Shown here: one piece after another, positions 19,855 to 31,625 of the stretch
Numbering within the stretch: position 1 is the first letter of the stretch
Layout: every line of letters begins with the position of its first letter
Assembly: GCA_963848295.1 (NCBI GenBank)
Contig: CAWKDB010000011.1
Span: forward strand, 192,001-256,000
Direction of reading: 5' to 3'
Length of the DNA: 64,000 bases
DNA from: an uncultured delta proteobacterium
GTDB lineage: Bacteria; Myxococcota_A; Polyangia; Haliangiales; Haliangiaceae
Notes under the pieces: generated by a model
The model's database searches: none
Told to the model about the DNA's origin: nothing
The model's input: the letters and a program-made list of their open reading frames with translations, nothing else
Position numbers and translations under genes: made by a program

Positions 19855-21241
19855 CGCCGACCACGGTCAGCGCGAGGCCCTTTTGCGGCGCGAGCGCGGG
19901 CGACAACGGCGACACCGCGAACGGACCGAGGTCCCACCGGCCATCGGAGCTGCGCCCGACAATCGCGGGTGGCGCATCGCTCGGCTTGGTGTCCTTGACG
20001 TCGAGCCCTTTGTCCATGTTGCGCGTCAGGTAGAACCCGAGCCACGCGCCGGCGACCAGCCCTGCGGTCGACAACAGCCCGGTGACGCGCTCGTCCGCGG
20101 TCGTCGACGGATCGTTGATCCCGGCGTAGAGCAAGAACGGCACGGCGCCACCGGCCGCGGCGAGCCCGGCGACGCGCAGCATGCGGCGCGGTGTCGTGTT
20201 CGCATGCGGGGCCACGATCAGGCCCGTGACGACGCCCGCCGCGGTACCGAGCGCGGCGTTGAGCGAGTAGCCCTCGGTCTGCGCCGGCTGCATCAGCATG
20301 CCGATCGTCAAGCCGCCGACCGCGCCCATGCCGGCGAACGTGTCGACCAGCGCGACGTCACCCCGAGTCAGCGTGTCGTTGCTAGCGTAGAGTCCGCCGG
20401 CGAGCGCACCCACGGTCGAGCCAATCGCGGCGCCGGTCAGGACGTCGCTCGCATCGGTCGAGCCGCCGTTCGCGCCGGTCGCGATGTTGCCGAACAAGCC
20501 GCCGACCACGCCGGCCCACACGCTCGCCGCGCCGGCGGTCCGGACCTGCGCTTCGCTCCAGTTCAGCTTGTCGATCGCGCGCGGCAACAAGATCGCGCCG
20601 AGCAGGCCAGCGCCGATGCCCATCGGGACCGCGCCACTGGCCGGGTTGTTGGTGTCGAAGTACGAGCCGATCGTCGCGCCGATCAGGGCGCTGTAGATGC
20701 CCGCGTGGACCATCGCTGCGGTGTGACCGCTGTGATAATGACCCTCGGCCGGCGGAGTCACCGGCGTGACCGGCAGCGTCGGATCGACGATCGGCGCGTG
20801 GTCGACGACTGGCGGTTTGTGGTCGCCCGGGACTTCTTCGCGAATGCCGAGCTGTTGATTGGCGACCTTGATGATGTAGCGCGCGTGGTCGGCGGCCGGG
20901 CCCTTCGCGCTCTCGACCAACGCTTCGACTGCGAGCTGCTTCGCATCGACGTAGATCTTCGCGTCGAGCAGCTCTTGCGCGCGAGAGACGAGCGAGTCGG
21001 CAACCTGTTCCGCGAGCACGGGATCGCCGTTGATCGTGTACGGATCCTGCGGGCCCGAGGTCGGCCCGGGAGCCGGCGTGGATGCTGGTACCGGGGGCGG
21101 GGCCGGAGTTGGGGCGGGTGCCGGAGCAGGTGCGGGTGCCGGGGGTGCGCCGTACGGATCGACCGGTTGCGCGCTCGCCGCGCGGGCCATCGCCCCGACC
21201 ACACCGATCGCGAGCACCGTGTGAAGACGAGAAGCGAGCAT
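19844..21241 (-). CDS. Secreted/membrane protein with a Pro-rich N-terminus and Gly-rich hydrophobic helices
   Basis: Signal peptide ...ARAASA-Q, many GxxxG helices, C-terminal LTVVGGAF. Confidence 0.7.
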   Translation of the reverse strand: MLASRLHTVLAIGVVGAMARAASAQPVDPYGAPPAPAPAPAPAPTPAPPPVPASTPAPGPTSGPQDPYTINGDPVLAEQVADSLVSRAQELLDAKIYVDAKQLAVEALVESAKGPAADHARYIIKVANQQLGIREEVPGDHKPPVVDHAPIVDPTLPVTPVTPPAEGHYHSGHTAAMVHAGIYSALIGATIGSYFDTNNPASGAVPMGIGAGLLGAILLPRAIDKLNWSEAQVRTAGAASVWAGVVGGLFGNIATGANGGSTDASDVLTGAAIGSTVGALAGGLYASNDTLTRGDVALVDTFAGMGAVGGLTIGMLMQPAQTEGYSLNAALGTAAGVVTGLIVAPHANTTPRRMLRVAGLAAAGGAVPFLLYAGINDPSTTADERVTGLLSTAGLVAGAWLGFYLTRNMDKGLDVKDTKPSDAPPAIVGRSSDGRWDLGPFAVSPLSPALAPQKGLALTVVGGAF

Positions 21242-21305
21242 GAGAACTTGGGTACCACCGACGGCGCGCGTCATCAACCAACCGTTCCTGCAGCCATGCC
21301 GCACG

Positions 21306-22748
21306 TCACGTTTTGGTGGTGGCGAGCGGTCCAGCTTCACCGCCTCCGGGGCGGACCGGACCGGTGTCGGAGCGCTTCGGCAAGTCCTTCGCGCTCTTTC
21401 GATAGAAATACATGAAGATCACCTGGATCGCGGCAAGAACCGGCACGGCGAGCAGCGCGCCGACCAGGCCGTAGCTGTACTCGCCGAGGAACAGCGCGAA
21501 GATCACGAGCACGGGGTGGATCTTCGCGGCGGTGCCGATGATCTTGGGGTTCAGCACGTTCGCCTCGATCAAGTGGATGCCGACGATCCACAGCAGCATC
21601 GCGATGCCGCGCACGATGTCGATCCCTTCGGCGCCGGACGCCAGCGCGACGATCACGATCGGCACCGACGACAGGATCGATCCGAAGATCGGCACGAGGC
21701 TCATGAGGCCCGCGACCACCGCCAGGATCAGCTGATACTTCACACCGAACACGAGCAAGCCGATGAACGTGAACGACGCGTTGATCAGGCAGATGAGGAG
21801 CTGGCCGCGGATCACGCCGGACAGGCCGCGATCGATGTCGCGGATGATCTGATCGTAGTCGTCGCGAAAGTTCACCGGAAACAGCGTGCGCAAGAACGCG
21901 TGGACCTTGTCGAGATCGATCAGCAGGAACGCGCCGATCATCAGCGTGAAGAAAAATCCGAAGATGCCCCTGATGAACTCGGTCAGCACGGTCTGGCCGA
22001 ACCGCACGCCTTCGTCGAGCTTCGACTTCAAGCCCTCGATCGACTTCTTGACCAAGACGCGCAGCTTGCCCTCGAGCGTGAGCTGCTCGGGGCGCGTCTC
22101 GACCGGCTGCACGTGAAAGCCGCCGTCCGCGGTCGGCTTGATGTCGAGCCCGTTCTGCGCGACCTCGATCGCGAACCGGCCGTCGGGCAGCGGGGTCACG
22201 GTCAGCGAGGTCGCCGGCGGCAGCGGCACGTCGCCGACGACCGGCGGCTCTTCCGGCGATGGCGTGTCGTTCGTCGCGAGCGACGGGAACCGGTCTTCGA
22301 GCCAATGCGCGACCTTCGGGGTCCACTCCTCGTTGATCCGGCGGTACGAGACTTCGCCCGCGATCCGGCGCACGTCGCTCGACAACCGCGGCACGAGCAG
22401 GAACATGAAACCGGTGACCGCCGCGAGGAACACGATGTAGCAGATGATGACCGCCAGCCCGCGCGGCATCCGCTGCGTGCCGTTCTTGCGCAGCGACATC
22501 GCTCCGACGATCGGCGCGAGGATGTACGCGATCAGGCTCGCGAACACGAAGGGCAGCAGCACCGCGTGGCCGACGATCAGCACGGCCACGATGAACAGCG
22601 TCAGACCCCAGCGCGACAGGAACCGCCGCGACCCGGTGTTCTCCCCGAACCACGTCGCGCTCCGCGACCGCCCGGAGGTCGACGTCGGCCCCGTCGGATC
22701 GGTGCGCGGCACGCCCTCCGAAGGGCCCGGTGGATCCGCCGGCGTCAT
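21306..22748 (-). CDS. AI-2E family (PerM) transporter
   Basis: LLPFVFASLIAYILAP, GVIRGQLLICL, EANVLNPKIIG, IHPVLVIFAL, GALLAVP. Confidence 0.9.
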   Translation of the reverse strand: MTPADPPGPSEGVPRTDPTGPTSTSGRSRSATWFGENTGSRRFLSRWGLTLFIVAVLIVGHAVLLPFVFASLIAYILAPIVGAMSLRKNGTQRMPRGLAVIICYIVFLAAVTGFMFLLVPRLSSDVRRIAGEVSYRRINEEWTPKVAHWLEDRFPSLATNDTPSPEEPPVVGDVPLPPATSLTVTPLPDGRFAIEVAQNGLDIKPTADGGFHVQPVETRPEQLTLEGKLRVLVKKSIEGLKSKLDEGVRFGQTVLTEFIRGIFGFFFTLMIGAFLLIDLDKVHAFLRTLFPVNFRDDYDQIIRDIDRGLSGVIRGQLLICLINASFTFIGLLVFGVKYQLILAVVAGLMSLVPIFGSILSSVPIVIVALASGAEGIDIVRGIAMLLWIVGIHLIEANVLNPKIIGTAAKIHPVLVIFALFLGEYSYGLVGALLAVPVLAAIQVIFMYFYRKSAKDLPKRSDTGPVRPGGGEAGPLATTKT

Positions 22749-22774
22749 GTCGCCGGGTATACCAGAGCCGAGCC

Positions 22775-22834
22775 GACGTGGACGTCGACCTGAACGTCAA
22801 CGTGAACGCCAACCTCGACCTTGACGTCGACCTC
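22775..22834. repeat. Array of 10 degenerate hexamers, (G/A)AC(G/C)(T/C)N
   Basis: GACGTG GACGTC GACCTG AACGTC AACGTG AACGCC AACCTC GACCTT GACGTC GACCTC, intergenic. Confidence 0.85.
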
Positions 22835-24407
22835 AGCTCTTGCGCCGGATCGATCGCGTGAACCAACCACCGACCCGGCCGAGCAGCGAACGGCGCGTCC
22901 CGGCCTCCGCCAGCTCGTCCTCGGTCAACCCGGTGTCGAGGGTCGCCGTCGGCAGCGCGGCGTCGGGCGCGGCGCCGAGCAGGCCATTCAGCCGAGCCTC
23001 GCGCGGTGCGGCCCGGCGATCGCGCGGTGCGATCGGCGGCGGCTCGACGCCGGTCTCCATCCGCAGCGTGCCCCAGCGCCGGCAATGCCCGCACCGCCAG
23101 CTGAATGCAGCCGGACGCGCGCCGCAGTGCGCACACTGCCAGCGCCCGCGCAGCGTCCACGCGAGCGCACCGTCTTCGGCGGCGAGCTGCGCGAGGGCGT
23201 CGCGAATCGCGCCAGCATCGCCGGTCGCGAGTGCGAGCCGCGCGGTCGCGACCCGGGCTGCCAACGCCTCCGGAAAGCGCAGCGCTAGATCTTTCGCGAG
23301 CGCCACGCCCGCGCCGGCATCTGCCGAGGTCGCGAGCTGGGCGCGAATCAGCGCGATCTCCAGGCGCGGGCCGGTCTTGGCTTCGATCTCGGCGAGCGTG
23401 GCGAGCACGCGATCGGCGACGCTCGCGACAGGGCGCGCGGTGGACATCAACGGCACCCCGAGCGCTGGCGTCGCGAGCTTCGGAGTCGCCGGCGCAGCCG
23501 CGACGATCGCGGTCGTGCCCTCGCCTGCCGCCAGCTGCGGCGCGTTCAGATCGGGCTGAGCCGGCTCGTCGTCGTCGAGATCGTCGCGGCTCGGGGCGGT
23601 CCGGCCGTCGAGATGACCCTCGGCCGCGATCAGGCCTGGCAACACGTGCGGCACGAGCGACGGGTCGGCGAGCAAGGCCTGCTTGAGGCGCTCCTTCGCA
23701 GCGCGATGGTTGCCGCGCGCGGCCGCGAGCTCGGCGGCAGCGGCGAAGAAATGCGCGGACTCGGGGCTCACCAGCTTCTGCGCCGCTTTCAGCAGGTGCT
23801 TGGCCGAATCGAGATCGTCGCGGCCGAGCGCCGCCTGAGCCGCGGCGACGAGCAAGTGGTGCTCGCGGTCGGACGTGTCCTCGTTGCGGCGCTTACCGAG
23901 GCGTTGCCACAACCCGGCCGCTTCGTTGAACCGCGCTTGCTCTTCGTACAGCGCCGCGAGCGCACGCAGCGCGCCTTCGTGGCTCGGCTCCTCGAGCAAC
24001 ACCTCTTCCATCGCCTTCGTCGCGCGGCGCGGCATGCCGGCGGCGCGGAAGTCGAGCCCGAGCTCGTACATCGCGCGGTGGCGGAGCTTGCGCTTGTCGC
24101 GTTCGCGCAGCGCGAGCGCCTGGTGTACGCGGATCGCGCGCTCGTGCTCGCCGCGGCTGCGGAACATCGCGCCGAGGGCGAAGTACGGCTCGACGTCGTC
24201 GATGTTCTCCTCGACCACGGTGCGCAGCTCGTTGACGACCGTGTCTTGATCGCGCGCGATCAGGTGGCTGAGCGCGCGCATGTAGGCGCGAGCGTGACGC
24301 GCGCTGCGCCGTAGCTGGCGATCGTCGGGTACGTAGTAGCGCCCGATCAGCACGCCCGCGGCCATCGCGCCGAGCCCGACGAGCAGAAGGACGAGCGCCG
24401 CTCCCAT
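22833..24407 (-). CDS. lapB: LapB-like protein (TM anchor, TPRs, rubredoxin-like CxxC...CxxC)
   Basis: YFALGAMFRSRGEHERAIRVHQ, ELGLDFRAAG, WQCAHCG...WRCGHCRRW. Confidence 0.8.
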   Translation of the reverse strand: MGAALVLLLVGLGAMAAGVLIGRYYVPDDRQLRRSARHARAYMRALSHLIARDQDTVVNELRTVVEENIDDVEPYFALGAMFRSRGEHERAIRVHQALALRERDKRKLRHRAMYELGLDFRAAGMPRRATKAMEEVLLEEPSHEGALRALAALYEEQARFNEAAGLWQRLGKRRNEDTSDREHHLLVAAAQAALGRDDLDSAKHLLKAAQKLVSPESAHFFAAAAELAAARGNHRAAKERLKQALLADPSLVPHVLPGLIAAEGHLDGRTAPSRDDLDDDEPAQPDLNAPQLAAGEGTTAIVAAAPATPKLATPALGVPLMSTARPVASVADRVLATLAEIEAKTGPRLEIALIRAQLATSADAGAGVALAKDLALRFPEALAARVATARLALATGDAGAIRDALAQLAAEDGALAWTLRGRWQCAHCGARPAAFSWRCGHCRRWGTLRMETGVEPPPIAPRDRRAAPREARLNGLLGAAPDAALPTATLDTGLTEDELAEAGTRRSLLGRVGGWFTRSIRRKS

Positions 24408-24419
24408 GCGGCGTACAGG

Positions 24420-25019
24420 TTATTCGATCTCGCTCCAGCCGGTGCCGTGGCGGGCGAGAAAGAACTGCCCCTTCGATTGGCATTGGCCGTCTGCCCACGC
24501 GTTGCAGCCGTAGGTCACGACGAGGTCGGGTTTGTGATCGCCATCGAGGTCGATCGCGCCGACCTCGAGCTTGTCGAGCGCCTTGTGGACGCCGGCGAGC
24601 ACTTCATCGCGCATCAGGGCGGCGCGGATCGCGACGAGGTCGGCCTTGCTCGGATCGACGAGCCGCGGATGCGCATCGCCGGGGATGACGAGCACGCCAG
24701 CGTCGCCATCGCGCCGATCGAAGTTGAACCACGGCATCGCGATGCGCCCGCCATCGACGTGACCGCGCGCGATCACGCCGAGCCGCGGCTGGAGCACCAG
24801 TACGTCGCCGGTAGCGGGTGCCCCGCCTTCCGAAGGGGCGAGCACGCGCACCACCCCGGCGAGCTGGACGAACGCGGGTACGGTGCAGTCGAGGCAGCTC
24901 GGCGGCGCCTGCGGCGCTGGCTCGAACGTGCCGATCCATGCGGGTACGGGCGGCGGCGTCTTATTGCCGCCGGCGGCGGTGAGCAGCGCGAGCACGCATG
25001 CGATTGCAACGACACGCAC
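24420..25019 (-). CDS. Hypothetical secreted protein with a DxDGDxxPD motif
   Basis: Signal-like VRVVAIACVLALLTAAG; IDLDGDHKPDLVV. Start approximate. Confidence 0.6.
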   Translation of the reverse strand: MRVVAIACVLALLTAAGGNKTPPPVPAWIGTFEPAPQAPPSCLDCTVPAFVQLAGVVRVLAPSEGGAPATGDVLVLQPRLGVIARGHVDGGRIAMPWFNFDRRDGDAGVLVIPGDAHPRLVDPSKADLVAIRAALMRDEVLAGVHKALDKLEVGAIDLDGDHKPDLVVTYGCNAWADGQCQSKGQFFLARHGTGWSEIE

Positions 25020-25109
25020 CTTCTGAGGATGAGCGATCCAACGACGGTCGCAAGTTTGTGGCGGTGAGCGTGGCCGTACACGTGGCACGTACACGTCCAC
25101 GATCAGCGC

Positions 25110-26096
25110 TTACAGCATCCCGTGCGCGCGGAACCACACGAGCGCGTCGCGCACCGCCGGCTCGAGCGGGCTGATCGCGTAGCCGAGCTCGCGCTGCGCT
25201 TTCGCGCTCGTGAACCGGAACTTGTCGGTGTACGCGTAGCGGATCTGGGTCGAGTTGACGACCGGCTCCTTGCCACGCCGCTCGACGCGATCGCCCCACT
25301 TGCCGACGAGCGCAGCGATCGGCCGCGGCACGCCGAACCGAGGCGGCTTGACGCCCGCCTCGCGCGCGATCAGCTCGAACGCGGCGCGATAGGTCAGGTC
25401 GTGGCCGCCGAGGATGTAACGCTCGCCGCGTACGCCGCGCTGCCACGCCGCGATCATCCCGCGCGCGACGTCGCGGACGTCGACGAAGTTGTTATGGCCG
25501 GGCGTCCATCCCGGCACCCGCCGGCGTACGACATCGACGATCAGCTTGCCGGAGCTCGGCCGAGCATCGCGCGGTCCGAACAGGTACGTCGGGTTGACGA
25601 TCACGCAGTCGAGCCGATCGCGCGCCGCGCTCACGACCTGCTCGGCCTGATGCTTCGTGATCGCGTACGCGTCGATGAGTCCTTCGCTATCGAAGTTCCA
25701 CGCCGCGGTCTCGTCGCACGGCGCGCCATTCGTCGACAACCCGACCGCGACGACCGACGAGGTGTGGACGAGGCGCTGGACGCCCGCCGCGATCGCCGCC
25801 TCGATCACGTTCGAGGTGCCGGTGACGTTCGCCGCGGTCATCGCCGGAGTCACCTCGCGCGCGACGGTGACCGCCGCGGCGCAGTGGAACACGGCGTCGG
25901 CGCCGGAGAACGCGCGCGTCAACGCCTCGATCGAGCCGAGCTCGGCGTCGCGCCACTCGACCGCGAGGTCGTCGAGATGCGCGATCTTCGTCGAGCCGCG
26001 GCGAATCGCCGACACGTGGGCACCGCCGGCGATCAGCTCGGCGGCGAGGTTGCCACCGAGCAAGCCGCTGGCGCCGGTGAGGACGACGCTCGCCAC
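25110..26096 (-). CDS. NAD-dependent epimerase/dehydratase (dihydroflavonol reductase/HpnA-like SDR)
   Basis: LTGASGLLG, FHCAA, HTSSV, YAITK, VDVRDVARG, GERYIL. Confidence 0.9.
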   Translation of the reverse strand: MASVVLTGASGLLGGNLAAELIAGGAHVSAIRRGSTKIAHLDDLAVEWRDAELGSIEALTRAFSGADAVFHCAAAVTVAREVTPAMTAANVTGTSNVIEAAIAAGVQRLVHTSSVVAVGLSTNGAPCDETAAWNFDSEGLIDAYAITKHQAEQVVSAARDRLDCVIVNPTYLFGPRDARPSSGKLIVDVVRRRVPGWTPGHNNFVDVRDVARGMIAAWQRGVRGERYILGGHDLTYRAAFELIAREAGVKPPRFGVPRPIAALVGKWGDRVERRGKEPVVNSTQIRYAYTDKFRFTSAKAQRELGYAISPLEPAVRDALVWFRAHGML

Positions 26097-26097
26097 G

Positions 26098-26514
26098 CTA
26101 TCGCGCCGTGATGCCTTCGTCGTCGAGTGCGTTCATCACGCGCGCGGCGTTCGAGCTCGGCGTCTCGGGCAGATCCTCGAGTGGCGCGGGCTCGACGAAC
26201 GGCAGGTTGCGGAGCTTCGCGAGCTCGCGTTCGAGCCGGTTGATCAGCGACTCGTACTGCCGGCGCCGCCACACGTACAGCATGCTCCACAACACGAGCG
26301 CGGCGAACAACGCCGCCGCCGCGAGCCACCCCGCGATCAACGCGGGCAGCCAGACATCGTGCGGCTTGTCGCCGAACAGACTGGTCAACCACGGATGGAT
26401 CTTCACCGGCACCCAGCCGGCGTTCTCGACCAGCAACAGGCCTGCGATCACGCCCAAGCCGATCATCGACAGCACGACCGTCGCGATCGAGATCAACCTG
26501 AGCCAGCGCAGCAC
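26098..26514 (-). CDS. lapA: LapA-like membrane protein
   Basis: Two TM helices with EN..V, followed by coiled coil RLERELAKLRNLP. Lies downstream of rpsA and upstream of the lapB-like gene. Confidence 0.65.
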   Translation of the reverse strand: MLRWLRLISIATVVLSMIGLGVIAGLLLVENAGWVPVKIHPWLTSLFGDKPHDVWLPALIAGWLAAAALFAALVLWSMLYVWRRRQYESLINRLERELAKLRNLPFVEPAPLEDLPETPSSNAARVMNALDDEGITAR

Positions 26515-26658
26515 GACCGCAATGTACTACAGCCGTTACGGGTCGGGTTCGGTCGGGTCGAACGGGCCCGAGGTCACTCGGTCGTGAGTCCGAGACCGAG
26601 CACGACGCCGCAGAACCGCGCCCCGAGCCATCCCGATACGCGATGCCTGCACGAGCCG

Positions 26659-26689
26659 AAAACGAAAGCAGCCGCCCTTCGGCGGCTGC
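26659..26689 (-). terminator. Intrinsic terminator of rpsA
   Basis: Minus strand GCAGCCGCC-GAAG-GGCGGCTGC followed by TTTCGTTTT, about 18 nt after the stop. Confidence 0.85.
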
Positions 26690-26707
26690 GACGAACGCCA
26701 CGGCGAG

Positions 26708-28436
<1,729 letters not shown>

Positions 28437-28499
28437 GTTCAAGCAGACTCCTAAGAACCGATTTGCGTCGAGCCTAGGCGGGCCCGCCGCAGGGGGAGC

Positions 28500-28528
28500 T
28501 TGGTACCTTCCATGCCCTGCTTTGTCAA
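28500..28528 (-). promoter_or_regulatory. Sigma70-type promoter of rpsA
   Basis: TTGACA (28528-28523), 17-nt spacer, TACCAA (28505-28500). AGGAG SD lies upstream of the start. Confidence 0.75.
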
Positions 28529-28564
28529 CCGATTCCGAGGTCTAGACCTCGAACGCGTGCGGCG

Positions 28565-29256
28565 TTAGCGCACGGCCGCGCGGGCAGCCACCAGCGCCGC
28601 CAGTGAATCCACAACCTGTCCAATGGTTTGCGCCGAGCTGTCGACGATCACCGCGTCGTCCGCCGGCTTCATCGGTGCGACGTCACGTCCGGAGTCGCGC
28701 TGGTCGCGTTCTTCGATCTCCCGCCGGGTCGAGACCGCATCCGCGGCCCGACCGTTCGCGACCAGCTCGGCGACCCGGCGCCGGACGCGCTCGTCGACCG
28801 TCGCGATCAGGAAGACCTTCGCCTCGGCGCGCGGGAACACGACCGTGCCGGTATCGCGGCCTTCGACCACGACGCCGCCGCCCGCTCCGAGCCTGCGCTG
28901 GAGCTCGAGCAAGCGCGGCGCGGACCTCGGGATGCGCCGAGACCTGCGACGCGCCCTGCGAGATATCGGGCGTGCGGATCTGCGGGGTGACGTCGGCGCC
29001 GGCGACGAACACGTGGTTCGTGTCGCCGACGAAGTCGAACGTGATGTCGAGAGCGCGCGCGACCTCGGCGCAGCGAGCCCGCATCGGTCCAGGCGATGCC
29101 GCGCTGCTGGGCGACCAGCGCGACCGCGCGATAGATCGCGCCGGTGTCGAGCAGGCGATAGCCGAGCTGGCGAGCGAGCTGCTTGGCGACGGTGGACTTG
29201 CCCGCACCGGCGGGGCCGTCGATCGTGACGACGATGGGCTTCACAGGCGCCATCAT
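28565..29256 (-). CDS. cmk: Cytidylate kinase with two apparent +1 indels (~29079, ~28913)
   Basis: [50 protein letters not shown] in three frames. Confidence 0.92.
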
Positions 29257-29304
29257 GCCGTAACCGCAAGCGCCATGCGGCGACGCGTTGTACATTCAGC
29301 GCTC

Positions 29305-30089
29305 GTGGCCGAGCCGGCGACAGCACGGAGATGGAAAGCGTTCGCCGATGGGGTCGCGTTCGCCCTGGGCGTCAACGTCTGGGTCTCGATCGTGATCCTG
29401 CCCGCGGCGTTTGTCGGCGTGTTGAGCGGCGGCAGCCATCTCGCGGCGGCTGGGCTGCCGTTCGCGGTGCTGCTGCTCGGGCTCGCCCGGCGCAGCGAGG
29501 CGATCCTGCTAGGGCTGTTCCCCGCCGCCCTGCTCGTGCCGGTCTCGCTCGAGCCGCAGATCGCCTCGTCGTATGTCTACGGCCCGGCTCGGTTCGCGCT
29601 GTGTCGCGATCGGCGTCGTCGCCTATCTGTTCGGCGTGTCGTTCTTCACGACGTTTCACGAGCCACCCGCGCCTCGCTCGGTCCGCGGCTTGACGTCGGC
29701 GCAGCTCGGGCCGGCCGTCCGGTGGCGGCGGCGCGAGCGCGATCTATTGGATGTTGACCGCGATGTCGGTCATCTTCCCGACCCTGCTGATCGCCTGGGT
29801 CAACTACGACAGTGACATCGCGGCGTTCCTCGGTGCGAACTACCCCGGTCGGGTCGCCTTGATGACCACCGCGCTCACCGCCGGCGCGATCGTGCTGTGG
29901 CTCGCTATCTATCACTATGCCTTTCTCGGCGCGCTGCGCCCGCATCGCACGGGGGATCGCGACCTCGTGATGCTGCTCGCCCGCGCTCGCGCGGATGCCA
30001 AGTCCGGCCGGCCGCGCCAGCGGTTCTACCTGTCCGTCGCGCTCGCGATCATCGCGATGGTCGCGCTGCTGCTGTTCCACAAACACTGA
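29305..30089 (+). CDS. Hypothetical multi-pass membrane protein with two apparent indels (~29601, ~29740)
   Basis: Hydrophobic segments continue across three frames (...GPARFAL | VAIGVVAYLFG...RRRER | IYWMLTAM...). Start approximate. Confidence 0.65.
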
Positions 30090-30097
30090 GGTGATCG

Positions 30098-30328
30098 ATG
30101 GATGCTCTCGTGCGTTTCACGCGGTGGGTCGGCGGGGTCGTCCGCAAGTACTTCTTCGAGTTCCTCGCGCTCGCGCTGATCGGTGGCAGCCTGATCTTCT
30201 TCTTCGAGACGTTGCACTACCTCGCCGAGCGCGAGTATGTCGCGGCGTTGTTCGTGATGGTGATCGGCGTCGCGGTGATCTCGGTCGGCAAAGAGATGGC
30301 GCGGCTCGCGCTGGTCCAACGCGACTGA
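30098..30328 (+). CDS. Small two-TM membrane protein
   Basis: 76 aa, GAGG SD, two hydrophobic helices. Confidence 0.7.
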   Translation: MDALVRFTRWVGGVVRKYFFEFLALALIGGSLIFFFETLHYLAEREYVAALFVMVIGVAVISVGKEMARLALVQRD

Positions 30329-30330
30329 CG

Positions 30331-31260
30331 ATGCGAGCCGCGGTCGCCATCGCCCTCGTCGCCGCGTGCGCGACCACTCCGCCGGCCACGCCGCGGGGGG
30401 CCCCTGCGGGCATGACCGCGACGAGCGCTGGCTCCGACGACGCCATTGTCGCGCGGGTCAACGGCCGGCCGGTGTGGGCGTCATGCGTCGCGATCCAGGC
30501 GGCGCGCGCTCGCAACCCGAGCGGCGATCGCGCGGCGCGGCTCGCGGCGGCGACCGACGAGTGCATCTCGTTCGAGCTGCTCGCGCAGGCGGCCGAGCGG
30601 CGCCAGCTCGCGAGCGATCCCGAGGTCGAGCTCGCGACGCACACCGCACTTGTCGACGCGGTCCTCGCCGACGAGTGGGAGGCGAAGTACACGACGCGCG
30701 AAGCTTTCGGAGAGGCCTGGGATCCGCTGGTCGCGCGCAACCTGCCGCTCGTCAGCCATCCCGAGGCGCGCGCCTCGGCCTACGTCCGTGTCGTCGTGCC
30801 GCCGCACGCGCCGCCGGAGCAAGATGCCGCCGCGCACGACATCGCCGAGAACGTCGCGGCCGCGCTCGCTCCCGAGCAGGGCTTGATGGCGCCGCAGTTC
30901 GTCGAGCTCGCGCAACACGCCGCCGAAGGGCACGAGCTCGTGCACCAGGTCGGCCCCCCGTTGTACGCGAACGAGATCCGCCTCGACGCGGTGTACGCGA
31001 AGGCGCTGTTCTCGATCTCCGAGATCGGCCGGACGACGCCGCACGCGGTACGCACGTCGCTCGGCTGGGACGTGATCTTGTGGACCGACGTCGTGCCGGC
31101 CGCGTCGCCGAGCCCGGCGGAGATCGAGGCCGACATGCTGCCCGGTGTCCAGCACGTGTACTTCGCGAAGTGGGTCGAGGATGTCGCGAAGCGCGCGGGT
31201 ATTCACCACGAGCTGATCGACGACAACCTCCACTGGCTGGATCAGGACACACCGCGATGA
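30331..31260 (+). CDS. SurA/PpiC-like foldase lipoprotein (degenerate parvulin)
   Basis: Lipobox VAAC, IVARVNGRPV, ELLAQAAERR, ALFSISEIGRTTPHAVRTSLGWDVI. Confidence 0.65.
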   Translation: MRAAVAIALVAACATTPPATPRGAPAGMTATSAGSDDAIVARVNGRPVWASCVAIQAARARNPSGDRAARLAAATDECISFELLAQAAERRQLASDPEVELATHTALVDAVLADEWEAKYTTREAFGEAWDPLVARNLPLVSHPEARASAYVRVVVPPHAPPEQDAAAHDIAENVAAALAPEQGLMAPQFVELAQHAAEGHELVHQVGPPLYANEIRLDAVYAKALFSISEIGRTTPHAVRTSLGWDVILWTDVVPAASPSPAEIEADMLPGVQHVYFAKWVEDVAKRAGIHHELIDDNLHWLDQDTPR

Positions 31261-31625
31261 TCGAGACGCCGTTCCAGGCGATCTTGCGGCGCGCGGTCGA
31301 AGCGACCCCGAACGCGATCGGCGGCGCGTTCGCGTGCGCCGACGGAGAGATGGTCGACAGCTTCGCGACGATCGACGCCCACGACTGGGCGGTGCTGACC
31401 GCGCACTACGGCATCGTCCTGCAGCAACTGCACGACGCGTTCGGCACGTGGCACTACGGCGGCCCGGAGTACTTCATCGCCGAGCACAAAGGGCTCGATG
31501 TCGTCGTCCACATCGTCGAGGGTGGCTACTTCGCGTTGCTCGCGGTCAAGGTGCCGGCACCGATCGGCACCGCGCTCGCGAGCTTGCTCGAGGCGGTCGC
31601 GGCGCTGAAGAAGGAGATGGCGTGA
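31257..31625 (+). CDS. Roadblock/LC7 (MglB-like) domain protein
   Basis: FQAILRRAVEATPNAIGGAFACADGEMVD...GYFALLAV...LKKEM. ATGA-coupled. Confidence 0.8.
   Translation: MIETPFQAILRRAVEATPNAIGGAFACADGEMVDSFATIDAHDWAVLTAHYGIVLQQLHDAFGTWHYGGPEYFIAEHKGLDVVVHIVEGGYFALLAVKVPAPIGTALASLLEAVAALKKEMA

Noticed and set aside
23462..23475. 14-nt match between the lapB linker and the 46.99-kb structured region
   Set aside because: Expected by chance in GC-rich DNA.
26535..26610. ncRNA between rpsA terminator and lapA
   Set aside because: Only short GGGTC-type pentamers and one CTCGGTC/GACCGAG stem. No recognisable RNA family features.
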